A stretch of 64,000 bases of DNA, from contig CM022672.1 of assembly GCA_012295275.1 (NCBI GenBank), positions 1,860,001 to 1,924,000 on the forward strand, written 5' to 3'. The notes beneath the pieces are model-generated. The model saw only the letters and a list, made by a program, of their open reading frames with translations. It was not told the DNA's origin and did not search any database. This document shows positions 14,979 to 30,284 of this stretch, one piece after another. Position 1 is the stretch's first letter. Each line of letters starts with the position of its first letter. This stretch comes from Chrysomallon squamiferum (lineage: Eukaryota; Animalia; Mollusca). The position numbers were made by a program, and so were the translations under genes.

Positions 14979-15999
14979 TACATTTTTTGTCCTTTTTTTT
15001 CAGGCTATGCTGAAATTTTTAAGCAATAACAATAACATATGCCCAAATAAGAAAAGAAAAAAAACATTTCCAGTTATATATATCTAATCAGTTAATATAA
15101 AATATAATGAATAAAATTAATGACTAATAATATTTTTCTGTTTAATCATTTTAAAACACATAACAGTTTTCCTCAGTTCATCTCAGTGAATTATTCCTCA
15201 TTAAACATACACTCACATATATATGAGTGTATTTTATATACTCATTGTTCCTCCTGAAATCATTAACCATTTTGTATTCTTGGTCAATACATTTTGTTTC
15301 TCTGTATGATACCCAGTAATGTAACTCTGATAATAATCCAAAAAAATGTTTTATTTATCAACACACTCATTGTATTTTCAAACAGTGATTACAGATAAGG
15401 ACTAATGCAGACTGCAACGTGTTGTTAGACAGTTCTCTTCATTAGAACCTAGGGACTTTTGTTTTGTTTATTGGATTGTAGACAGGAAAATAAAACACAG
15501 AGATAAACAAATGATGTGTATACATCTGCACATCACACTCAGACAAAAATAAATATCTACACACTCACGTAGATAGATAAATAGACAGATATATAGATAG
15601 ATATATAGACAGACAGACAGACAGACAGAGAGAGATAAATAAAAAGAGATAGATATATAGATTAGATGAATTGATAGACCAATAGATAGAAAGACAGACA
15701 GCTACATTTATGCATATCACACAGAAACACACATACATACAAACTTATATACACATGTATGTATGTACAAAAACAGAAACACACATACATACAAACTTGT
15801 ATATAAATATATGTATGTACAAAAACACAAACATACATACACCACTATAAATATAATATACATACATACATATATTCATACATACACACAGACATTCATA
15901 AATTCATACATACACAGACATTCATACATTATATATACATATAGACATACATACAAACATTAATTTTACACATGTATGCACACATTCACACACGCACAC

Positions 16000-16135
16000 A
16001 ATATATGAACATACATAGATATATACACACACAAATATATGAACATACATAGATATATAGACACACACAAATATATGAACATACATAGATATACATACAC
16101 ACAAATATATGAACATACATAGATATACATACACA
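16000..16135. repeat. ~34-bp minisatellite, 4 copies
   Basis: Repeated aatatatgaacatacatagatata. Confidence 0.8.
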
Positions 16136-16543
16136 CTTTTTCTCATGCTTTTACAGACAAACACATACAGGTCTTTCACATGTACTAAATCACTTTCTTT
16201 TTAAATGAAGTAAGCCAAAAGTCTCTTATCTCTCCAGAACTTATCAAATCACTGCACAACTATTTTACACCTCAACACTTTTATTTTCCATCACTTTTAC
16301 ACTACAGCAGATGTAAGCATTTTTCTTACCTTAATTACCCATCACCTGTAATGTGTATTCAGAAATACACATCAAAGAAGAGAAAATGTCTTTGATAAAG
16401 ACCGTTACGGAAAGATGATTTTAGAAATAAAATATAATTAAGATAATTTTGCTTATCTGATAACTGCACCTATAAAAAAATATTTTTTCTTTGAAAATGG
16501 AAATGATTCATTAAAGTTATCAGATGCAAGAGTGCACATGTGT

Positions 16544-16589
<46 letters not shown>

Positions 16590-17083
16590 TGTGTGTGTGC
16601 ATATATGCAATTTCGTCCATGTGCACATGTCTACAGGTAATTATTATGTGGTTGTATGTGTGTTTGAAATAATTTATATAATTATTTAATAGATGATGAT
16701 GTTGATGGTACTAATGGTAGTAGTAGCAGCAATAATAATAATAATAAGATGAAGAAGAAGAATGTAAAACCAATTTTTGTCATAAATGAGGTTTTAATTA
16801 TTAAAAAACCAAAACAACTAAGCACCTAATAATTAATTCATTAACAGCATGAGTCAGCCAAAAATACTGAAGTAAATACTAAACTGGCAGAAACCTGAAG
16901 CTCATTAACTGACTGCACTATTTGTATAATTTATCAATACACAGCATTCATAAAATACAGTATTACATTATATGCATACAGACACTTAATCACGCACACT
17001 CTCTACTACTACTATATGAAATTTCACTTCCTACACTGAAGAGAGTGCACCACAGGGGAAACAACTGCAGTAAGAAAACTTAC

Positions 17084-17150
17084 CAGTGTGAAAAAAGTAC
17101 TGGCCCACCTGACGATACAGTCGTAATCCAAGTCTACAAATGCAGTTCAT
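17084..17150 (-). CDS. Candidate alternative first coding exon (22 codons + 1 nt, phase 1): MNCICRLGLRLYRQVGQYFFHT
   Basis: gacATG start; open frame retaining CpGs; ends at strong CTG|GTAAGT donor (GT at 17083-17082); same end phase as the 52.5 kb exon. Confidence 0.45.
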
Positions 17151-17209
17151 GTCCAAGTACAGACACACAGACAGACAGAGCCCATAGGTGAGGCAGATTA
17201 TGTTTTTGT

Positions 17210-18540
17210 GGATGATGTTACTGTTACAATTATAAATACAGCTATAATGACAGTGATCATCTTAGATAAAGTTACTATGGTTCCAGACACATTTACTGTG
17301 TCAAATGTTTTTATACAATTCCATTCGCATTCATCATCTCAGATGATGACGTTACATGGTTCCAGTCATAACTATTGCGTAGATGATGATATTACATAGT
17401 TTGAATGATCTTGTCTCTCAGATCATATTATACAGTTTTAATCATTTTATCATCTCACATATTTCCAATCACAAAATCGTTTTCAGATAGATGATACTAT
17501 ACAGTTCTGGTAGCATTTATCATTTTATAACACATGATGATTTTATATCGTTCCAGTCACATTATCATTAAGATAGATGATTATGTTACATAGTTCCAAT
17601 GACAGTTATCATCTCAGATGTTTATTTCACTGATCCCAAATGAATAATATCTTCTCAGTTAATACTATTACACAGTCAATGTTATATCTTAAAATGGCAG
17701 ACAATGTTACATATACACTTTACATTGTTAATGTATTTACTGCCAGGGTAACAAAGAGAAATCCCACAGACAGTTTACATTTTCATTTTGTAATAAGAAA
17801 TGAAGAATTGTCAGAGTAAGATTTACTTTTCAGTACAGATGGTGGACAATTTTAAATGACTCTATCCACTCACAATGTCACCATCTTCTGTCAGACTGAT
17901 CATTCAGTTGATGTCACTGCACATACAGTTCACACTGTCATCATCAAGTCATTGAACCCAGATGATTTTCATCCTCGAGTTATTGCACCTTGACCATGCT
18001 GCCAGATTCTAAGTGATGTCAATTGATGATACTGAATACAATTGCTATAATCATCTATTTGTTGAACACAGATGATCTTGTTGTATAATCCCACATATTA
18101 ATCTATTGTAGGGAGATATTGTTGTATACTTCTTTATACAATTCACTATTTTACAATGTAATATTGTTACATAATCCAAAACACCAAATCACAATAGATG
18201 ATTTTGTAACATAATCCCATATGCTGATTCCATCTAATTTTTAAAGAACGTACAGTTATTGTTATACAATCCCGAATACAATTCTAGATCAATGATGGTG
18301 TAATATGATCCACTGCATACATTGAAATAGTCACCTAATTCTTATTCTCGTGAAATCCAAAACATCCACAATTCTAGATCAATGATTTTGTAATGTGAAT
18401 TCTGCATTCAAACACAAATACTCATGTAATTCCTATACACAAATGATTTTGTTGTGTAATCAAATACACAGTTCTTAATTCTAGAAAGGTGACTTTGTTA
18501 TGTAATCTTATACACAGAAATTCACACAGTCATCATCTTA
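17210..18540. repeat. Old degenerate minisatellite tracts (~40-bp units)
   Basis: Recurring agatgatga...acatagttccagtca and gatgattttgttgtataatcc-like motifs. Confidence 0.55.
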
Positions 18541-20753
18541 TCCTTCTATCATTAATTCATCGTGTTCATTTATTAACAAGCTTTGTGCCAATTCTTTTTT
18601 TTTTCTTTCTTTCTTTATATACACACAGGAAAAAAACACACAATCTTCACAGTTATTTTCTTCACATCCTAATTCCCAATCCAAACAGTATTTTCCCTAA
18701 CTGAACAGATCAATACAAAAGTAATTAAAGATTATATTGTTCTTACGAAGCCCAACCTGTCAGTGGTGTTCCACACCTGACTCAGTTTTATGCTCTTTTA
18801 CTTATCTTAGTATATTTTCACCTGTAGCTGAATGATTTACACATGTACAACAAGTATTTCAACTACTAGTACAAAATATCGGGGAAAAACCCATCAAGAC
18901 AGAAATTACTTTAAAAAAAAATTTAAATGCTACCTGGAAACCATATTATTTTTTATTTGAAAAAATGAAAGAAGAAAAAAGGTCATAAATATCAATATTT
19001 CATATGTATGTGTGTTTTATAAAAAAAAAATTATAGTTTTAATTATAGTTTTTATACAGAGGGTAAAATTTCAACAATTAATAGTTTTAAACATTTGCTG
19101 AAAATAATGTATTTAGTAAAATAACAAATTATTTATAGCTAAACATCTCTAGTGTATCATTAACAAGGGAATGCTTTATTTTTCACAGTCATTTTTTTTT
19201 TTTAAAGTTATTTCTTTTATTTATTTATTTATTTATTTATTTTTTTTTTTTTTTTTTCTTTGTTATTTAATGATGACAGATTTTCTTGTTACCAAATTAT
19301 TTAAGGAAAGTAAACATCTGACTGACAGGACTTGAAGAAAACAGGTGTCCAGATAACAGCCTATCAACACAGCAGTCTGAACTAGCTAATGATACTGCTG
19401 AAAACTGATTAAAAATAAATGAGAACTGAACAAACAATACAGCTGATTCGTAGAAAAAACACTTTTGTGTCACAACACCTTTCCAGTAATCAACCAGTTC
19501 TTTTTTTAAAGTTTAACACAGAAAGCAAAAACTTTTCCTTCAAAGTTTGACAGAAATCTCTTTATCCTGACACGAGCACATCTAGAGAAAAAGATTAATC
19601 CTATTTCCAACACGGTAATTCCTGGAGATAATGAATTTTCCAGAAAAAGAACAAAACCAAAATCCTTCCTTTGTTCATAATTATATCAGTCTGTGTTTAC
19701 TTACACAAGAAATAAAAGAAGGTTTATAAAGATATACACACAGCAATATATTTCCAATATGTCTTAGTTTTATATATCTATATATGTACATATATCTGTA
19801 ATAAACAACATTAGTAAGTTGTCATTTATGTAGCTGATCGCAAGAGAACAGCTGTAAGCTCAGAGAATCTGTCACTGATAACACATCAAACGCAGGGAGC
19901 AGCAAATTAACAAGTGATACAAACTAAACCACTACACACGCACGCACACCGCAGCATCGTTGACAAAACTGTGTGATCAAATCAGTTTTAATTATGAAAG
20001 GCTAAAACGGTGGAGAAAAAAAAAAAAAGCTTGCTTGCCGGCAGTGTCCAAAGCCCATGGGATTACATCTCATGTTAATTCAGAATTATCGCCCGATTCC
20101 CCAGCACTTTGCAGCTAACTGGGAGCAGATGGTTCTGTATCTTCCTCTTTTTAGTTTTGTCCAATGTCATTGTACTGTATGTATGACTGATGAGGCGATT
20201 CCAGCAGTTATGTACTAGATAGAAACTCTATTGGTTTCACTCTCTCCTGCTCACACACTTTGATTTCCAGTATTATCTGATGCTGTACGACAATCTCTCT
20301 CTGGCTTAAATGAGCTGATCAGGGCAAAATGTCAACAGGAGGAGTATGACAAGGACACACAATCATTCAATGGAGATGAAAATAAATTTTAAAAATTCAT
20401 CAACATTATTGATCCGTGTACAATTAACCAGATGGTAAGTTTTATGTGTTAGAGATACAAATCAGTTTTTCAAAATGCATATTTATTCCATTTTTCAGTT
20501 CATGTTGTTGGGTGGTTGTATGAATGTTTGTATTTGTTTGTCTGTGAATACATACACACACAAAGACACACACACAAACATACACACACAAACATACAAA
20601 AGCACACACATACATGCATACAAAAACATACATACATACATACATTTCTTTTTCTTTTGCAGTTATGTTACTTACTGGCCAGATTATAACAAGAAGACAA
20701 ATTATTTCTGGCTAGAATTGATGACTTTAAGACTGTAAACATAAAATATGGTC

Positions 20754-20819
<66 letters not shown>

Positions 20820-21030
20820 TGTGTGCATGTATGTGTGCTTGTGTGTGTGTTTGGGTATGAGTACGTGTATGTGTGTGTGTGTGTGTTTGTATGGATATGG
20901 GTATGTGTGAATCAGTTCATGTTTTGAGAACACCATCCAGATACATTCACAAATTATAAAACCAAAAACCCATTCACTGAATAATAAAACAGTATATCAA
21001 GAACATCTGTGAAATATATCAAGTTTAATT

Positions 21031-21290
21031 TGTTCCCTTCTTTCTCTATTTTATATCTGTTTTTCCTTCTTTCTCTATTTTATATCTGTTTTTCCTTCTT
21101 TCTCTATTTTATATCTGTTTTTCCAACTTCTCTATTTTATATCCGTTTTTCCTTCTTTCTCTGTTTTATATCTGTTTTTCCTACTTTCTCCATTTCATAT
21201 CTGTTTTTCCTACCTTCTCTATTTTATAGTTTTTGTTTTTTTCCTTCTTTCTGTTTTATATCTGTGATTTTTCCTACTCTCTCTTTTTTA
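21031..21290. repeat. 29-bp pyrimidine-rich minisatellite
   Basis: Unit ttttccttctttctctattttatatctgt with period 29. Confidence 0.9.
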
Positions 21291-21966
21291 ACTTTGTGTT
21301 TTTCTTGTTTCCTACTTATTTCTCTTATGTTACATCTATTTTCTCATTTTTCTTTATGTTTTATGTGTTTTTGTTTCATTATTCCTACTTTTTTTGTTTG
21401 TTGATTACTATTAATATTTTTTGTTTTATTTTGTTTTGTTTTTAACAATAATAATCTGATATGACATGCTACCTGAGCAGGTAGTTTGGGAATTATCAAT
21501 AACTGCTGGTGATCAGCTTGACAAATGGGAAGAGAGTGATGCATTATGCAAAGCTATTTGAATTGAGAGAAACATTTAGCTTAATTAATGTAGCATTACA
21601 TATAGCATGATTGTGTCTATGTATGTATGTGTATGTGTTTATGTGTGTGTATGTGTGTGTATGAGTGTGTCTATATACATGTGTGTATGTGTTTATGTAT
21701 GTGTTTATTTATGTGTATGCATATTTATGTATGTGTATGTATGTATGTGTTTATGCGTGTCTGTGTGTAATTTATGTATTGTGTGTGTGTGTGTGTGTAT
21801 ACATGTATCTGCATCTGTATCTCTGTTTATATGTTAGTATGTGTATTATACAAGAATTGTGTGTGTGTGTATACATGTATTGACATCTGTATCTCTGTAT
21901 GTATGTTAGCATGTGTAATATACAAGGGATGAAGAAATGCACTGATAAAGAGACACTTATCTTGTT

Positions 21967-22009
<43 letters not shown>

Positions 22010-22095
22010 TATATACATCTTCCCAAGGACAGGAAAACACGTACTATTTGCTTTCTTAAATCTCTTATGATAGAGACACTGAGACAAAAAACATC
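22010..22095 (-). mobile_element. Short SINE core fragment
   Basis: cttcccaaggacaggaaaacacgtact is a reverse-complement match to the core at about 44830. Confidence 0.4.
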
Positions 22096-24373
22096 ATAAC
22101 TGGCCAGACCAGATCAGCTGTTTTTCAATTAGCAACAAGATATCTTTTTTTCACAAGCACCATCTCACATCTGATTTATGGGCACTTAGCGGAATGGGCA
22201 ATAGCCCAACAGAAACACTGATAAACACCGATCCTGTATTTCTCATTGCTCATAACGAAAGTGTACTGTGGGGAGTTGCAGGTTATTCTGTACATGTTAC
22301 AACAATTATCAAAACCCAGGCTGTGAGAAACACTGAGGTCTGTCTGCTGGTTTCAACTCTGTTACAATCAGTGGACAGTTTTATCATTTACACCCTCAAT
22401 AAATTACTTTAAAAAAAAAACCTAACTAACAAGACTGCAGAGTCTCTTAGCTGTAAATTACACTGGCATCTCTGCCTAACTGTGTGCAGTGTCTGAAGAA
22501 TCGATAGAAAAAAACAAAAGTATTTATCATCATTCACTGAAGTCTTCATTCTTACTGCTTATTAATTTCATCATAAGTTGTTGTTTTCTTTTCTTGTTCT
22601 TATTCATTTTTTTTTATTGTTCAATTCATTTCTGTAGAAATCTCTAGAATCTCTAATTTTAGTCCCAAAATCATTAATGTGGACATGTTTTTTCAAAGGT
22701 TATTGAAAAAATAAATATTGTGACAAATGATTGTCATAACAGTGACATTTGGAAGTTGTTTGTCAAACACAGTTACAATGTTATTGTTAATTATTTTTAC
22801 GAAAAAGTTATTGATAAATGATACCAGATCTATTAAAATAATGTCATTCTCACTGAATAATAACAATAATAATAAAAGTTATTATTAACATTTACTGCAA
22901 GCACAAAGTTTGTCTCGTGCAAGTTTTTTGTCCTTTCAGCTTTTAGAAACTATACTACAAAAATTATGTCAATTTTTTTTACAAAGCTTAATTGTTGGTT
23001 TTTACCATTACTTTTATTATTATTATTATTATCGTATTCATCATCATTATATTATTATTATTATTGTTATTCATATTGTTGTTATTATGTTATTACAGTT
23101 TCCATTATTAGCAGTATTTGTAATTTTATTACTACAATCATCACCAGCGTCACATGATGTGATCAGTTGTTACTTTTACTTATTTATTTATTTAATATTT
23201 TATTTATTTTGAAGATGACTCTGACCCCAATACAGATGACAAAAGAAGAACTGACACAATCAGACCTCAAATTTCACTCACATTAACAATTTATCTGTAA
23301 CTGTATATCTTAATGGACGACTTCTCACAGGAAATCGGATATATGTTATGTTACAATGTGACCACATCTTACATTATTTAAAAAATACATCAGTCATAGA
23401 GTAAACCATATAAAAGTAGTCCTTGCTGCAGTGAGCTAAATAAGAACAGCTTATGTGGAGAGATAATCATGACTGGCATACTGAGTCTAACTAAAGAGGT
23501 GTTTTCTGTTGTCATTGTTGTTGTTGTTTTTAAATTTACCAAAAGTTTATAATATATATATTTTATATAATATAATATAAATTTTCAGAGAAAAACAAGA
23601 AGAAGATGAAGGAGAAGAAGATGAAGTGAAACAAAAAGGAGAACAGAACTATGGACTTTTCCCACCACTAACAATAAAGTCATTTAGGATTCTTACACAG
23701 GGGTGGTTAAAATGACAGCCACAGTGATTATGATGAATGATGATGACAATGATGATAATGATGATGTGAATATAATAATATAAACAATAACATTATGAGA
23801 ATTAATTCTAATAAAAGAGTAATAATATTAAAAATAATAACATGATAAATTGAACATTATAAGAATAAAGAATAATAAATATAGCAATAAGAATTAATAT
23901 TTAGATATATTCCCAGATAATATAACGAAATTTAAGATACCAAGAAAACATATATAATGCACCTAATCAACTTTATTAATACTGTTGTATATAATTATTT
24001 ACTATTATTAATCCACGAAAGAAAAATCTTTAAACTGTATCTATATTTACTTTCCCAAATCTAGTTCTGTGATCATTCCCTGACATCATGAATTTAACTG
24101 TGACAGCAAAAATAGATTAGTAACTTAAATTAGCAGATCCAGATCCTGAAAAGCACATTAAAATAGAATCTGATAACAAGTAGTAAACATGATGTAATGA
24201 AGACCACAAATAATGTCACAGTGTTAACATTACAACTCCAAAACATGAAAATTACTACAGATGCTGTTTACAAAATTATTATGATAGTTCTTGTTTATTA
24301 TTATTATTTTTATTATTAACATCGATTAATGAAGGCAGAGTTATATGTGTGTGTGTGTGTGTATGTATGTATG

Positions 24374-24431
<58 letters not shown>

Positions 24432-24434
24432 TCA

Positions 24435-24477
<43 letters not shown>

Positions 24478-24886
24478 ACATCTGTGCACATTCAAACAAT
24501 TTGTAAACACAAACACACAGACAGACAGACAGATAATGCCTTCAGCAGCTGTCAGAAAATAATGAGTAACAAATTACCAAGAGGTAATGTCTGACAGTGT
24601 GATGGATCTCACTCCTACTTGTACACCATTGTTGTCTGATACGTACAGTTAAAACTGACTCATACATGTTGTAATGAATTTGTGATGATATTCTGTAGAT
24701 TACCATAATTATTTAGTTTGCAGGGTGATTCATTATTTATATTTTATTTATTTTTATTTATTTATTATTATTATTTATACAGTCTTTATATAACTGTATA
24801 TTGGTATGTATGTATCTATGTATGTCTCATGTATGTATGCATGTGTATATGTAGGTACGTATGTATGTATGTGTATGTGTAAATGC

Positions 24887-24929
<43 letters not shown>

Positions 24930-25076
24930 GAAGGACACTTGTACCTGAAAAACAGCTGTCACTAATTTTCTATTGATCTTAATCTGTGTTAATATAAAAA
25001 TATATTACATCCATAATCAATAAAATGCATAATTTGTCTGGGGTATTAAAAGTAACATGTTTACAGATCAAATGTT

Positions 25077-25118
<42 letters not shown>

Positions 25119-25794
25119 TGTGTTGTTGTTGTTGTTGTTGTTTGGTGAAGTTTGTCAAAATGAGTAAAAAGTGAATGGTTTCCTAACTAACAATAATAAT
25201 ACTATGTGAAATAACTTTTATATAAACTGATTATAATAATGAACACAGATTGAAACCATTTAAATATATATATATATATATATATATAGTATATTTAATT
25301 AAAATCCAATTAACCTAATTTTTAATCTTCCTAATGAACTGATATTTATATATCGTAATAATGAAGTGAAGAAAATTGACCGATACATTTTCTTGAAGAA
25401 TATTTTCTGACATCTTTGCATGAAAAAGATTTCAACCAAATTTGCTGATATTTTTTTTAATGAAGATTTTCTGAAACTTTGGTATTAAGAGGTTTTATTG
25501 GCACCTTTGGGCTAAAATGGAAGTAGATTAATGATATTTTTGTATCTCATAAAACTGTTAGCTAAGCTAAGTGTTACTTAGTTCACGAAGGTAATATTTG
25601 TGTTACTATTATCAGATAATACAAAGTATTATTGACTTGGTTAGTCAGTACATACAAGTATTAATTGGTGAGTGATAATAGTAACACAATGCTTAATGTA
25701 AAGTATTACAGAGGGATAGCTAGATTAATGTGTGTGTGGGTGTATATGTGTCTATATATTTATGTGTATAAGTGTGTATGGTGTAGGTGTATGG

Positions 25795-25834
<40 letters not shown>

Positions 25835-26058
25835 ATATGTTTGTATATGTGTATATATATATATATATGGATATGAATGCCTGTGTACAAGTGTATGTAC
25901 ATATAAGTGTATGTATCTTAATATGTGTGTACAAGTATTTGTCAGTGTGTGTGTGTGTGTGTGTGCTGCAGGTAAAAACACAAGAGTACTACTTCTCACA
26001 TTTGTGTTCAGAGGCTTGTATCAAGTAGTACTTACATCTCTTAATTAAAACCACTTAC

Positions 26059-26110
26059 CTTGAGATCAAACAACACAGACACACTTTATGTTTTAACATG
26101 TTGTACTTAC
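26059..26110 (-). other. Cryptic 52-nt RS-exon following the ratchet point
   Basis: A second consensus donor AAG|GTAAGT (GT at 26058-26057) lies 52 nt downstream of the AG|GT junction; length is not a multiple of 3; two of three frames contain TAA. Confidence 0.6.
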
Positions 26111-26150
26111 CTGAAATGAAAAAGAAAACAGAAAGAATTAAAAACAAATA
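26105..26150 (-). other. Recursive splice site (ratchet point) candidate
   Basis: Minus strand reads tatttgtttttaattctttctgttttctttttcatttcAG|GTaagt. AG at 26112-26111, GT at 26110-26109; no other AG on the minus strand across 26197-26113. Confidence 0.75.
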
Positions 26151-26427
26151 TAGTCATGAGAATAAATATCAATAATTGGTTGTTTTTTGTTGTTGTTCTT
26201 GGGTGTTTTTTTTTGTTTTTTTTTAAATACTGTTCACAGAAAACCACAACCATTTTTGAACACTATTGTTATAAAATAGAAATATCAGGAATTTATTTAT
26301 TTATTTATTTAGTGAATGGAGTTCAAAGAAAGTAACAAAATGATATAACATGAAAGAGAATATTATTAAGAAATAGAAATACACAGAGTAAGATATATTA
26401 TATATACAATGAGATATGTACAGTAGT

Positions 26428-26480
<53 letters not shown>

Positions 26481-26947
26481 TGTGTGTGTGTGTGTGTGTA
26501 AATATTTTCAAAATCCTACAAGCTGAAATCTGCAATTCAGAGATGGTCATAACATAAAATACTTCAAATATAAATAAATAAATCAATAAACAAACAAACA
26601 AAAAACTTAGTTTATAATAAAGCTGTATCAGTTTTCAGTTTCACCAAGTGCAAAAACAATTTGATATCTACATACAGCTAGTGTGAAACAAATGTGTATG
26701 CATGCTGTACTTACAAACAATTATGCTAATGTTATGAAAATGAACGTTAATTTATCCTCTGATCTCAGCAGTGTGACATTCAGAGTTTTAATCACAGAAT
26801 CAAAGCTTTGTAACTTAATGTTCCATAAGCAAATGACCAAAAGAGTATAAAATATGCAATTTGAATAATTTAATGAACTGAAAGAAAAAATATGTATTGG
26901 CATAACAATAGGAAACCAGTCCTTTTCACACATAGAAAGTATCAGAT

Positions 26948-26991
<44 letters not shown>

Positions 26992-27426
26992 ATACACACA
27001 CACACATACACACACTCATACACACACACACACACACACACACTAAACATACATTTCAACTTTAACACTGAAATGAAAATGGAAAGCCCTCCCAAAAATA
27101 ACTGTTAATTTAATGCATTACATATGTTTGATCAAAGCATCTTCTTCTTTTTCAGAATTGATGAAACCACATTACTTAAACATTCAATAATTACATAAAG
27201 TCCAGATCTTTTTTTAGGCTTACAAAACAAAAGAAAAAGAAAAACAAATTTACTGGAAAACTGGCTTTAGATACGCATTAATTTTTTTTTTTTTTTTTTT
27301 TATCTTTTAAATATAATTTCTATCTTCACCTTAATTTTGTTTTATTAATTGTATTTTAAAGTCTTAGTCATCTCCAAATCTTGAGCTTCCTGGGTACATG
27401 ATTTAACACCTGTATATTTATTTTCA

Positions 27427-27489
<63 letters not shown>

Positions 27490-30284
27490 AAAAAAACAGA
27501 GATAGAGAGAAAGAGAAATACATACACAAATATTAACATTTACAATATTCTGGATACAAAATACACACAAATTTATATCAAAAGATCTAGAATCAGTCAT
27601 ACAATTCATATTGTTATACAGATTTGTTTGGATAGTTCAGTTATGTCTATTGAAAACTGATTTAATTCATACTGTTCATGGTCAGGTGAATATACACTGC
27701 GGTAGTAGTTGTGCAGATGATGTTACAGATGGTTATAAACAACATCAACATGGAACAACGTCATTAAGTGCAAGTTGACTTGACACCATAAAAAAATACT
27801 CAGGGACAGATAAATTAATATCTGTATGTATCAAAAATATCCAGTAAAATTTATCCAGATATTTTAAAGAAAAAGAAAGGTGTTTTATTATTTTTTAATG
27901 GGTTATTGATATGTTTTAGTTTTCTAAACTCTAATCTGAAGACCAACATAAAACAAACACATGAACACACATATACACACACATACAGACACACATACAC
28001 ACACATCTTGGAGGAAAGACACCACAAATATTCTATAATAGTGTTTGGAAAAAATATATATTTACTAAGACTTGTATTAAACACAAGCTAAATAATTATA
28101 CAAGTCACATTTTAAAGAAAAATAACTTGTTTAGGAGTTTTTAAATTAAATTTGCATGTCTACCAGTTTTTCTGAATTCTGACATCAAGACAAATTATGT
28201 TCTTACATGTTGACTATATGTCTCTGACTACTGTTAGTTTTAATCACAGCATAATGACTATATGTTGGTTTTAATGACTATATCTCTCTAACTATTGTTA
28301 TTTCTGTCATGTGTCCTTTCTTTCTTTTTCTAAAATTATTAGTATCATCATCATCATCATCATCATCATTTTAAGGTTATTATTTGGAGGAAAAAATATA
28401 TATTCTTGCAAATGCTGCATGACTCAACTTAACTCAGTCTTCATGAATATTTATTTTCAAAATACTTTTTATGGTTTTTTGAACTTAACATACATTTATC
28501 AATATTTTATGAATATTAATTTGCTCTCACAATCTAGCAGCACACATTAAACCTATGATTTAACTACACTGGAACTGGCTGCTATTTTTCAGTCCTGAAC
28601 TTTTTTGAGCAGTATACAAAATAAAACGGTACAAGAAAAACGTGTTCTTCATCTAGAACAAACAAAAACTACCTTTCCATGACAAACACAAAATCAATAC
28701 ACTGAAATATAATATTAGACAGTCCAAACCCTAAAAGACCAACATCAGGCAATGTCCCCATTTACTTTTAGCCATTATGTGAGAAACAAAAAATGATGGA
28801 CAACTGACTGGAAAAAATATTTGTGTCGTGAGACCGAATCTGGAGTGAAAAAGGCTAACAAAGTATGACAGAAAGTGGACACAACAGGGAAAAAAAAAAA
28901 AAATCAATACTGAAGTCAAATAATAATTCTTAGATAACTTAGAAATGCCACTACCCAGAGTTAATCAATCATATATATATATATATATATAAACTCGTTT
29001 TTTTTTTTTTTTTTAAAAAAAAATCTTTTAATGGAGATGTTTTAAAAATATATATATAATAAGAATTATATTTATCAATATAATAATGAATTTGCTGTAT
29101 AATGTAATTTCAGATTTTCTATGCAGTTAAAAATTACCAATTGACAAAATATACAGAAAATCACCTCTGTGATGTTTAGTGTGTTGATGGAAACATTACA
29201 TGTAAAATAATATCACTGTGTGTGTATTTACATTTCTGTGAATATACGTTTGTGTTTTGATTAACTTTATAACTGCGATTATCCATATGTGTGCTTGTGC
29301 TTTTAAACAGATGGAAATCATTAAAAGTGGAACAACACATGATCTACAAACATTGTAGTAGAGGATACCATTAGATTTATATTTAAAAATGGTTACATTC
29401 ATTCAAGGTTAATTTAAATAGAAATCTCTGGAAGTACATCAAATGACACACACAAAGGTTTGTTACAAAGATTAACCACAGATTTAAGTAGGTAATTTTT
29501 ACACCAGACAGGTAAGCAATGCAATTTATGGACTTTAAATAAGATTTAACCTAAAAGAGGCAACATAAAAATCTATATTACTAAGTAATAAAACAACTCT
29601 GATTTTAAGCCAGACTGGAACAATAACAGAAGAATCTATTGTTTGAAACGAGTAATTCACTGTAATGGAAGGCTCATGACAAAAGATTTATTTATTGTTG
29701 TTTTTTTCCTTTAAAGTTAGTCTTAGTAGGCTAACCAGTTGTATAATGTTGCACTTTTATTTAATACTCTGAAAATTGATTTTTAAATTTGTTGTTTTTA
29801 ATTTGATTATTGAATTATGATGATTAATCATTGTTGTTATTATTATTATTATATTTTTTCATCATCATCATCATTATTATTTAGTGTTGTTACAGGTTTT
29901 TGTTTTTTTCAAGACTTTTGCTAACAGTATTGTGTATTTTATGAATCAGCAAAAGAATTAATTTTAATATTGATTTAACTTTAGTCTCCCCAAAAAATCT
30001 AACTATAATTCTTTTAATTCTAATTCAATAATATTTTGGAATTAATGTTTAGCTATATAAACAATACACATATGTAACATGTATTCTACTGAAGTTTGCT
30101 TCAAAATACAGTATTCACAAATAACTAAAGTCTGGTTCAATGCATGCACAGTCATAAATACTCTACACGAAAATTTTCACTTCAAAAACACTAGAAAAGT
30201 TTAGCTGTGAATATATTTGTTTTACAAAATTGTTGAGCTCTTTTTATCTATTATATGTGATAAGCAATACACTTCATTCAAAAA

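Noticed and set aside
24935-24960. Minus-strand tgtttttcAG|GTacaa
   Set aside because: The donor half is weak and the tract is short.
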